Below are positions 1 to 11,900 of a stretch of 64,000 nt of DNA, piece after piece. How positions within the stretch are numbered: the first letter of the stretch is position 1; each line of letters begins with the position of its first letter. Both the position numbers and the translations under genes were made by a program. The notes beneath the pieces were generated by a model. That model had not been told where the DNA came from and searched no databases. It saw only the letters and a program-made list of their open reading frames with translations. The DNA is from Phoronis australis (lineage: Eukaryota; Animalia; Phoronida): positions 344,120 through 408,119 of the forward strand of contig NMRA01000256.1 of NCBI GenBank assembly GCA_002633005.1. The letters run 5' to 3'.

Positions 1-52
1 AACCAGCGACCCCGATAAAAGTGGCGAGCATGCTACCCATTTAAGCTAATAG
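1..52 (-). mobile_element. tRNA-derived SINE head (partial, at window edge)
   Basis: Minus strand reads TAGCTTAAATGG (A-box-like) ... GGTCGCTGGTT (start of a B box). Confidence 0.35.
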
Positions 53-77
53 GCAACTGCCCGTTAGCGAGTGGCTA

Positions 78-2274
78 CAGGGCTCGACATAACGAGCTGC
101 AGGTCGCATTTGCGACCTGAAATTCAGAAATGCGAGCTGAGATTTTTGTCAGCTCGTATAAAGACGCAAAATGCGACCTGGCATTTCCAACCAATGCGAG
201 CTGAGTTTTTACACTTCTCAACAGATACCAGGCAAATACAAATCAGCTCTTGTTAATCCGACCGTTATTTGGTTGTTGCCAAATACAAGTTCAAAAGAAC
301 ACTAACCGAAAACAGCCCTCCCGATGCTTGTAAGCAAGTCACGTGAACATGGGATATGCAGAATCGATCTTTGACGCGTTTCATTGGCTAACACTTTCGG
401 CCACTTTTGTAAATTCCCGGATTCGCCGAAGAAAGTTTCGGACCACTGCCCCCCACATGTGATAAATCTTCACAAAACAACAGTGTTTCTATTAATTCTT
501 AAGCGATCAACTTACCAAACTTTGTGGTGTACAAAAATGTTTATTTTTCACATAAGATGTCCTTATTACATGTACCAAATATCCATGACAATATCCCTGA
601 TATCGCACTGCGGCACCGTTAGCGCGCAAGCGGTCCCGGCAGACAATAGTGACTTAGACTGAGATGTGCTTCTCCTTTTTATCGTATTAAGACAGCCAAA
701 GTGAAAATGACAACCTTATTAATCGCCAAACGACGGTCACGTCTTTACTTTCAGTTGCCAAGAAATTCTCAAACCCTTTATTTGTTTCTGGGGCTACGTG
801 CGCGAAATATGATTTGTCTTTCAAACGTTGTTGCCAATGTAAAGTGTAGGCCTACACCAGCGATTCAAGTGCGTGAACTCACGCGTGCGCACCACTTCAA
901 AGAACAGCGACAGTCCTAAATGAAAGAGTATACCGGCTTGGCTCTGGTTTATTTGAAAATGAACTCAAAATTCCCAGTGTTTATAAAAGACCCAATGTCC
1001 CGGGACCGATATAACCCAGAACTAACGTTATCCTGTTCCGATGTTTCCCGAGGTCGATGTTCTGTAAACCCTGTATTCTATGCCCGTAGCCAGCTATTGC
1101 AACTAAACTGGCACTAGATGCGAAATTGTGGTTGAAGTTACCGATCTTTTCATTCTTCTCTTTATACACCCCCCCCTCCCCCGGCAACTTTCCGCTCCCC
1201 GAACCACCGTCATCGTAAAATGTTCAGACTCCTATAGAAACAACCTTGTTCCGGCTGAGGCGGGCAGCTAAAAAAAAATCATTCCGGGTGGCTAAAAAGG
1301 GTACAATGTAGGTGGTGACGATATCCAGAAAGTCACCCCTACCAGATGGAGTTTGCCTCGCAAAACCGTATTATTATAACGTTTCCTATCATTGCAGCAT
1401 TTTATTATCTTATTACCACAAACACTGAGGTTAACTACTATGCTCACGCACAAGCCTACTCCCTACCTTTAAAGTGTTTCATAATAAGCGCTCACTGATC
1501 TATTAAAAGTCCCCCCTTAAATTTTGAGAATTTCCAATTAAGCGCCCACAGTTCAAGCTAGCGCCCATCATTGCGCACTACAAACGACGGCGTGTGGTTT
1601 AAAATTGACACGCAGCTTACATGGTGTGTGTCACTTCCATTTTACACAACTTCAGTTTTCAAAAACGTCTTTTCACAATATGTAAAAATCAAATCCCGGA
1701 TTTGTTTGATACCTCGGAAAGAAAGTTAACACTAGTGACATGCGTGTCGTTTTGCGACTGACCTATTTTTCCCGTACTTGGAGAGTATTGAAGAGCAAAC
1801 TCGCGATTACCCGAGTTAGTTTGAATCGTTAACGACTTTGATGACGGCCAGTAGCAGACCAGATCTAACAAAATCCCGGATACTTTTACAACGGGCATTT
1901 CCTCCCTTTTCACATCGCAAATTTAGCTACTCGTATGCACAAGTCAGTTAGAAAGCACTGATTCAACTTTCAGGCCGGCAACTTGCCTTGCGCTCTAGAG
2001 TCTTTCAATGGCGGTCGTGAAGAACAGTAACGCTGTACCTGCATGAATGAAGTCAATTTTAAGATCCGAAATTTGTAAGTATTTAACGCTGCAGATAAGA
2101 GCATAATCTAAACATTTTCTACATGATCTAAAATATCTATTTGGCGCGTAAAAATGGCGGGAAAAATTTTGCGACCTGGCATTTACGAATGCGAGCTGGA
2201 TTTTGAAAATGCGACCTGGGATTTTGGCTAGGTCGCAAAATGCGACCTGGCGATTTTAATAGCGTCGAGCCCTG
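78..2274. mobile_element. Non-autonomous hAT-like DNA transposon with 5-bp TSD
   Basis: TIR CAGGGCTCGAC (78-88) / GTCGAGCCCTG (2264-2274); GGCTA on both flanks; clustered subterminal TGCGACCTG/TGCGAGCTG repeats at both ends. Confidence 0.85.
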
Positions 2275-2952
2275 GGCTAACAGAGGCTCATCATGATTCA
2301 CCAGGTGCACACCTATACCATCCTGGAATTGTACCCTGTATCCTGGATTTGCCTTTAGACGTTAGTGAGAGTTTGCTTTTACAGTGAATACTAATCAATG
2401 ATAAATGCCCAAAACAAGAGGTAATCTAAGGCATTTTTTCTGAATTTCAGCGCCCAATCCAGCCCTAGGCAGCGCGTTCCCTGTAGCCTACTGACTACTG
2501 TGTCTGTGTCTGTCACTCTGTGGAGTCTGTGGTTAGTGTGATTTCTTGACTATCTTATTCGTGACTAATGCCCCAGCCCACGCAAATCGCAGAATATGGC
2601 GTGATTTTTTCACACAGTCACATACCAAGTACACAGGCATTGCACATTACCTGAAAGCCACAAGCTATTTAAAACGATGCTGCCATAATCTACGAGTTCT
2701 CTCCAAGGTTCTCCGCCCAAAACTCCAGCGAAAATAAATGGCAGCCTAGTCGCTCAACACAAGCGTAATAATAAGGCAAGTGTTTAATTTTAGTTTTTAT
2801 AAAGAATTTGCACTTTTTGCACTTGATTTTTCAACAATTGTTAGATACTGCGTCATCATCACCCGAGTATCCCAAACAATTTCCATATTAAAAGTTTGAT
2901 ACTAAAAATATAATTAGATATTAGTTGTTTTAGGAGGCTCAAAATTGTGAAA

Positions 2953-2971
2953 ATGGCTTCCGGTGAAGATG
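2953..2971 (+). CDS. VPS51: VPS51 coding exon 1 (MASGED)
   Basis: ATG in aaaATGg context, GTCAGT donor at 2972, phase 1 matches the next exon; acceptor TTTTAG ends at 2933. Confidence 0.75.
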
Positions 2972-5900
2972 GTCAGTTGCTGATTTTTATATAGTTTATA
3001 GGACCACTTTTCTTGCACCTTAACGACATATAAATCCTGGATAACTTGATTTTACATTTCATTTCGTTATTGCGCTTCCGAAATTCTTTAGTTAATGCTG
3101 GAAGGCTTTTAGAAGCGGCATCTTTTCGGAGCTTTGCCAGCCAGACTTAAACTTCGTTATGACGTTATGTTGAACAGATAAGACCAAGAATCGCGGAGTC
3201 GGACCATAAATGAAATGACGCACTGACTCTGTCTCTGCCTTGGTCATAATAATCCACAGTGGCACAGGTGGTCGCAATGCAGTAGACCATATCTACTCGT
3301 GTACTGCCACCAATATTTAGTTGTACTAATAGTGGTGGTGGTAGACTTGTACAAGTTGTAACCGTAGGCGTAGGGGTGGATTATACCACTCTGTACACAT
3401 TTTGAGTACCTGTGTGATGACCAGTGCGCCAGTGTCATCTGTATCCAAAGCTGCATAGACACAGCTTTGTGTAAAAGTGGAGTAAATTCATCACCAAGAA
3501 TCGAATTTGCGATATTGTGTGGGGTGAAATCCGATTAACATTGAAATCACCACTAGAGACTTACAGCGCATGATCAAGCACAAGCACTGACTAAATAAAA
3601 ATTATCATTTGTCATTGGAGAATAATTACTGTTTCCACTGTGTTTCCAATCTGAGATGTTATTCTCTCACAGAAACTAGTCAGCATAGACGAAAGAAGCA
3701 TGGCCTTCTTCATATGTACTATGGTATTGACAACGCTTCAAATGGTGATGGATCCACAGCGAGTCCTATCGACATTAATGGTAGGTGACAATAGTTACCG
3801 CAGGGCTGTCATTCTTTGATTCCTGAGGACTTTTAAAAAGAATAAATTATATTCCTTTTGTAACATGAGAATTTACAGAAAAAAGTGGTATGAATGGTTA
3901 TTAAAATAATTGTAAATTACAACTGTTATATGAAGAAATTTGAGCGTAATTTGTTGTATACCGCGGGTCAAAGGCCTGCAAGTTGCAAGTGAAGCATACA
4001 GTCCGTGAATTAAGATATTGGTTGTTGTTGATAAGTTTGAACAATAAATACATTTTTTTCTATTTTTGAAGCCATGCTAAGACTAGGGAGGGTTTTGTTG
4101 CTTTAGTGACCAGATTCATTTCTATCGCTACTCTTAGCTTCCTGCTGTGTAATGTTGTCTTTTTCTTCTAGAGTTCCTGTGCAAGTCAGATACGATAAAC
4201 TTGATATTTTGTTTTCTACCAGTTACAGTAAATTCTCATCAATGTCAGACAAACATTACAGAAAATAGTTTCCCAAAACATTGTTTGGTGATAGTTATGT
4301 CATAACTAAAAACTAATAAAAAGAATCTAAGTATTTTGTCCTATTGTCTTTCATGAAATAATGGTAAAATGAAATTTTACATGTCCAACGTGTTGTGTTC
4401 TAAATTAGTGAGACTTTACCACAGTGTATTTTGTTCTTAGGTGCACACTTTGATCCAGAGACGTACTTGTCAACTCTGTTTCATGAGAAGTCCTTGACGG
4501 AGCTGATGGACAAAGGCGATGAAATGACGAGACAAATACGTTCTTTGGATAGTGACATGCAGACGCTTGTTTATGAGAATTATAACAAGTTTATAAGTGC
4601 CACAGACACTATTAGGAAGGTCAGTGGTTCAAAACTAATGCTACTTTCTTATTTATAAGCACACACCCTTGATAGTTTCTCCAAGAACTTTTCAGACTTG
4701 GCAAAACTACATCGTTGTATTTTTTGTTTACTCTTTCTCTGCAACTGATTTATAGCTTAGAAAAGAAGCTTAGCCAAAAATAACCCATGGAACTTGCAAT
4801 GCAGAAAATGCAGAATTGTTAATCTGTCTTATTTCATACCTAAAAAGTCTTTCCTACTTTTTTAATAGATTTTTTATATTTTAGTCGATTTCATATCATG
4901 AATCAAGCTATTGTGTGGTTTTGTCTTCCATAGTAATTTGAGAACTGAACAAGTCAAAACATGATAATCTTTCACTTGCAGATGAAAAATGACTTCAAGA
5001 AAATGGAGGATGAGATGGACCGACTTGCTACCAACATGGAAGCTATTACAGAATTCAGTGGCAAAATCAGTGGAACTCTTCAGGACAGGAGACAACAAAT
5101 CACCAAGTTGTCTGGTGTCCACTCTCTTCTGAAGAAGGTACCTGTCACCTGTTTTATACTGGGGAATAGTGTACTGTGTTTTTGTTGTCATTTCTGTAAC
5201 AAGTATTTTCTTCGGAATAATGTTAATGCTTTTGTTTGTAGTAGAATTAGTGTTATGAATATCTAGCTTCACTGCGTGGACAGGCTTTTGCACTAAAATC
5301 AGCATGCATCTATTCTTGTCATTTAATTGTGAATCTTCAAACAAGGACAGAAAAGTGGTCAATGTAAATAATTATATTGGAACACTGTTTTGTGTTGTGT
5401 CAATGGTATACAATTGAGTGCTTCTTTGTTATTTGATGGCAATGTACTTAACCAGTCTTTTCACAAAGCTTGACATTAAATTAAAGTTTATTCTAATTCT
5501 AGTGCAAACTTCTTTCAGCTCCAGTTCTTGTTTGAGTTACCTTCAAGGCTCAAGAAGTGTATTGAAATGAAGGCCTACTCTCAAGCTGTCAGGTAAAAAT
5601 GTGCAACTTGTAAACAGGTGTGAGTCTTGTTTTTCATGTTGTTAAATAGTTTAGGAAAGGATGTAAAAATGTCTCGTCGTTTTTGTAACAGTCTGTAAGA
5701 TGTTGGAAGTGCTGTAATGTATGGATAGTAAAACAATGCGAAACTTAACAGTCTAGCAAATTGGCACCTTGTGTTGATATGCCGATTGATACTTGTCAAA
5801 TTTATTTATAAATTGCGTCTTTAGTTAAGACTCTTTGTGGAACACTAAAGCACTCTTTTGTTATAGCAGCAGAGTACCTACATTCAGCCCTGTCCTTGTC

Positions 5901-8900
5901 ATATATTTACATTTAAAGTCTATCTTGAACGGTAACACCAGGTCCTGTAAATCTGATTCCTACAGTATGTTAAGAGCATAAACTGCCAAATGTAATTAAC
6001 TGTTTGGCCTAATATTGACTTTCTTTTGTCTACATCACTGTGAGAATCACCTTTTAATTCAAACAGCTTCAAATAACACCTGCATGCAATAGGGTTCTAT
6101 TCAGATCCCTATTCAATACAGCTGTTCTTGGCCTTTTGTTGTTTGTGCTGAAGAGGCAATATGGCTTGAAAAGGCAACTTCATCTGTTATTTGATGGGCC
6201 TACCTTTGAGTGATTAAACTCAAGTTTTCTTATTTTGTTAAGGCTTTGCTAGGATTATCTGGTTAGCCCAACATATCTAAAATAAAAAAATTCCGTTAAA
6301 ACACAGAAGAGTGTTTACAGCAGTATCAACACATATCCTAATCAACATGCATTCATTTCTGTCAGATATCACTTCATGTTTAATCGTTGGTATTACACTG
6401 TGTTTAATATCAAGCCATATTTGCCTTATCATTAGTAGACAACGCACCAAGGTCTAAAATGTTCTGCAACTGTCAATCATTATACCATGTCATATTTAAT
6501 CATGTGATATTTAATCACTTTCATTACACTATATTCGATATCACATGATATTTGTCTTGTTATTTACCAGATATTACAGCAAGGCCCAAAAAGTTCTTGA
6601 GCAATATCAACACATGCCCTCATTTCACGGAATTCAAGAAGACTGTAACATCATCGTGGCTGATCTAAGTGCCAAATTAAAGGAACATTTCCGAGACAAA
6701 GAGGTACTGGACATTCTGTTTATGGACATTTGCTTTGTTTGCATTGGGGGACACATGAACTGCATATGTAACAAATCTTAAAGAGCTCATCTTCTCTCTC
6801 TTGTAAACCACCCAAAATATCAAGGGAAATTCAATGTGTCATTTTTAGGTAGAAGAAACTTGAGAATTCTCTTAAATTTTCTATCTTTAAAATGTTATTC
6901 AGGCTGCTGATGACTCTTATCTGTTCCATTTTATTTTGTGCCGATGAAAGTCTTTGCATCATCACATATATGTGGAATGGAGATGATTATCAAGTTTGAA
7001 GTGTGTCTTAAATTTATTCTTTTCTTCCGTTTTACCAGCTAAGTGCCAAACAGCTGTCAGAGTGTGTTGATCTTCTCCTGCAACTGAATGAACCAGCAGA
7101 AGATCTTTGCGATGAATATTTAGCACAGTGAGTAATTTGAAGGTGTTCTGCTCCATCCTATTCAAGAGTCTCAGTATGTCTTGTGAATTCGAAAACTACA
7201 AGTATTCTTCACTTCATTTACGAATCATTTGTTAATTGGTTTCTGCTAATTTATTTTTCACTCACTCTGAACTGTTCTAGCACGGGCAATGAATTTCTGA
7301 AACTTCACAAGTGTTTGAAAAGGCTGAATTTTGATTCCAGTTAGTCTATAAAAAGTTAAATCTCCAATACTCACACACTAAGTGATTTTTGGTGTCCAGA
7401 ATAAAATAAAATGAAATCTCAATGGTGTACGTTTCTTAGATTATTGGTGGGCCGAGGGAAGACCGGTTAATGATTAGTGTTGAAGCCTTGGCCCAATAAG
7501 TTGTATCTAACAGATTGCTGTGGTATGCACCAAAATTAAAGCAACTACCCGCCAAGGGAAGTAGACTGTTTTCATGTTTACAGTTAGAGAAAATTATTTG
7601 TTGACACATTAGGGCTTTCATGGATAGGTCAAGAAGTCATTATTTGGGGCCATTCATGGAAATGTTGTCAAGAAGTCATTCTTTATGACCAATCGTTACT
7701 TGTACATTGGGGTTTACGTGATATTGGTGGCTAAAAGTTGCTAGTTTTGACAAGCTCACTATGACAGCTTACCTACAAGTAAACAAAATCTAAGTATAGT
7801 TTGTTGACAGAAGTATTATTTGTTTGCAGTGCCCGAGAAAAGATGAACTCTGACCTGAAAGACCTCGACTATCAACTGCAACTTCATTCCACAGATCAGT
7901 CCAGTCTTTCACTCGAAGCTCGTATGACAGCTCCCATGGTATCGGAAAAAAATCTGATTTCATGCCAAGTGTAGTTTGTCTGAGCTCAAAATTCGCTGGC
8001 CTGCTCTGTATCAAATTTTAAGATCCCAGAAAAATGTCCAAATTTGGTTACCTTGGGATCATCATGTCTCAGAAAGGCAGATTGGGTTCTAAATCAAACT
8101 TTCAGATACTGTGTTTTATGCATTGTTTTGGAAATGTTCCACTTTGGCATGAAGGCCTGTCAAAAATTGGAACGTTCAGGATTTTTATGAAAAGAGTCAT
8201 AGAACAGTAACAGTGTTTTTGAGATTTCATCTTGAACATTAATATGAAATGAAATTTCATCATGTTGCTGTTGTTTTTCTATGAAACTCCTGCCTTAATG
8301 GCAGACTGAATTCAAAATCGAATTTACAAGTTTTGTAATTTCAAAATTAAAATGTATTTTTACTTATTGTCAAATTCTATAGTTTTGTAGATATTTGGCT
8401 TAATTCATAGACTTGTTGATAAGGATCCTCATGACACCAATCAAATATAGTCCGTTTGACAAAACTCATTTGAAGGATCCACTGAAATTGTTGATTACTT
8501 TATTGATCATAGTGGCAATGTTCAAATTCCTGTTTCCTTTTCGCCGTGGATAACGTCAAGCGAAATGTCATTTGAATTTCAAGTTTTTCCTTAGTCAAAT
8601 AGGAGACGATTTTAGAACTTTGAAAGAACTGACAATTCGCCATTGCTCATTGTAGACCAGACTTTACAAGTTGGCTTGGCGTGATGTTATTTTACGCAGT
8701 AGGCATGATCTCAAGGAATGACAGAGTATCAGTTCTTTGTATACCCTGAAATCACTTCTCATTCATGTGTCAGATGGGGAACAAGTTGAAACCAGTTGTA
8801 TAGCAGTAGGTTTGCTTCTTGGACCAGATGCAGGTTTATAGCCTCTGTAATAACGTATTATGTGTTTGTTTTCAGGATGTCTTAGAATTTGTGGATCTTG

Positions 8901-11900
8901 GATGTAACGGTTTTCTCAGTAACATCTGCCTAGTGATTGCTTCTTACAATGACATGTTTCTGAATAAGCAAACAGATGGGTAAGAACTTTTTGGGACTAG
9001 CATTGAACTGCATTGCATTGAAAGCCTGTCTTGAGTGGTAAATTGAGTCAAAGGCCGCACTGAAGTCATCAATTGCCAAATGTAATGAATGGTTAGGCTT
9101 AATGCATAACTTTTGTCTACGCTGGTACGAGAATCCTCTGTTAATTCAAACAGCTATGAACAATACCCACGCCCTCTGGTGTTCTGTTCAATAACTTCTG
9201 GTACTTGCAACTGATATGTACTTCTACTGCAGGTACTGACAAATCTTCAAAACTAAATAAAAAATTAATGTTGTTTAACATGTTTTTGTGGTGACGCAAT
9301 ATGGCGTGTAATGACTACGTTATGACTTTTATCATTTTACATGCCTGTGCTTGAACATTTAAACCATGTTGTCCTGTTGCTAAACATTGTTAGCTCTGTC
9401 TGAATAAAAAACGTCTGTTGGAGGAAGACTTTGAGATAAGTCATATTTTGGGGCCAAAACTGTTCATCTCGGAGCAGAAGAATTATGATGGCTTTTTCAT
9501 CGAAATGTGTCATCTTTTGCACGCTCGTAATAGTGTCATATTTTATTAGTGCAGCAGGGCTTTAGAAGAAAGGATATTAAAATGCTTGACAGAAAGGATT
9601 TGAGTTAGGGCTGTTCCAGTAAAATCTGTATGGGAGGGGGGGAGGCACCTTTTTTTCGCACCCACCGCCCATATTTTTCATTTATTTCTTCAGCCTACCA
9701 CCCGTTATTTTTTATAAGTTTGAAATGCAACCACCCATAATTTTTTTTTGTTCTTGTGGTTGACTGCACAGGCGCTTGAGTTTCTCTGTTCCTCCATCAC
9801 CACTAACGTCATTCATTACTAAGAAAACATATGTTTCTTATATATGGTAATATTAGCCATCGAGAAATTCAAGCACCTGTGGGTAAATGGTGTTATGGGC
9901 ATCTCGATGAGGAGATCGGTGGGAGTGAAAAAGTCGGGAGCTTTTTGCAAGTTGCATTTTTGTTTCAGTTTTTGATTCTGTGCAGATTGTTTATAAAATT
10001 TCCTAAAATTACCCACCATCAAACATTTATGGCCCAATGAAACAACAACGACCTGTAAATTTTTGTTTTTTTGAAGTACCGTACGACCACCAGCCATTTT
10101 GAATTTAAATCAAACGCAACCACCCATAAATTTTTATTTCAGTTGCCTTCCCCCCCCTCCTGCACAGATTTTGCTGGAACAGCCCTTAATGATTCGTGAA
10201 CATTATTTAGACATCTTGAGTTGTAGCTGTTTGTTCATTATTTCTAGTAAATGGTAGAATCTCATCAATTTCTGACAAAAAATACAATGTGATTTTTTAA
10301 ATTTTTTTTAATGGCTTCTAGTATTCTTGTGATCACCTGCAGTTTCTCAGAACATGCATTTGTCTTGTAGGAGCTATATTATGGAACTTAAAATGATATT
10401 GGATTTGGTTCAACTTATCTTTTATCAAATAAGCGAAAAACATTTCTCTTGTCAGCCATGTTGTATCCTATTTTGTTCCGAATTTATCTTGCTACTTGTT
10501 TAGTTTGGTTTTGTTCAATATTTATTAGTTGCATGTTGTTTCTTTTGTGTTTTGTCTATACTGCTCTTCAAATGGTAAACCCTGTGAACTGTTATTTAGT
10601 TATGGACCGCTGACTTTAAGTACTCTAGTTAACAGGTATGCCTTCGGTTCACTGGTATTTTGGCATTGATTACATGGTATGGTATGAAGACGTTAACCTC
10701 AGTTTTGTGTGTGTTGACCATAGTCAGGCTGGAAAACTCTTTGATCTAGTAAAAGTTCAGTGACTGGGCCAATAAGTTCTCTGATCAATTCTCCAAATCC
10801 AATGGCAGAGCTCTGTTAACACAACAGAGGCAGGTGATCGGCCATTTTATACGATTCCGAAAATGTGATTGTTTGCCTACCATAAAACCAACTGGTTTTT
10901 TGCTGGTGAGATCTTTCAAGCGACAGGATCCATTTGATGGTCATTTTCAACTCTTTCTCAATTGCTTCCCTTCATTCATTTTTTATTCGACAACTTTGAA
11001 AGTATAAAATGCTGTCTTCTTGTGAATTGATGAGGTTTATTCAAAGTTGTCTTTGACAGAGTCACTGATCTTCTGATGAACACAAGACTGGGTTTAATGT
11101 GGCTTTCATGTTACTTGATCCACTTTTGTTGAGGGTTCATTTGTCGCACAATCGTTGACTTGCTGATTTGCAGGACTTAGGCTCCTTTCACTCTGCATGC
11201 TGCAAGGAACCGTTGGGTTCCTGCAAGACCCTAGACAGCCGCTAATGTCCGCTGATTGGCGGGATTGCCCTGATTTTCCAGTAATTCTCTGAAGAGACTC
11301 TGGTTTTTTAAAGCCAGAGCTTCGAAGAGTGTATTTTTTTCTGTATTAAATTTGATTCTCTAATTTTGCCTCGATTCCTTGTCACGGATTGCTTTTGAAT
11401 GTTGCATGGTAAACAGTATTGAGATAGTTTTAGTCAAGATCTTTGCTATTCCCACATTACAGACTGTTTTCTTGGCAAAGGTATTACGGAATGGAATTTT
11501 TGAAGTTGACGCTCCAAACCGCTGTAGTCACTAAATGTTTGTCATCAGATATACTGCAAATTACTTATAACTAGCTATTTCATCAGTTAATGCTGTGACT
11601 TGTATTGTATCAAAAATCTTTGTATTCAGATCACTTCCAGTGCAGCAGTACAAGGCAAAAATAATCGGACACCCTTTCCCTGTCATAGCAACTACTGCTG
11701 TTAACAGCAAAGACAACTGCTAATAACTATTAGGGCATCAATTACAGAGAGACTTAGCTCCCTTTCTTGCTTTCCTAATAAATGAATTCCCCTTCATTCT
11801 CAGTCAGAGGGAAGACTACTCTAATGATGCATTTGATTTCTGTCCGGCCACCATGACAGGGCATTCTGGGTCATTTTGTCTATACTTTGGCTTGTACAGT

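Noticed and set aside
4874-5362. 162-aa minus-strand ORF
   Set aside because: Antisense shadow of VPS51 exon 4; no recognisable motifs.
11174-11292. Additional VPS51 exon in intron 9 (CAG and TAG acceptors, GC-richer stretch)
   Set aside because: The first acceptor gives an immediate stop; the second has no phase-compatible donor before a stop.
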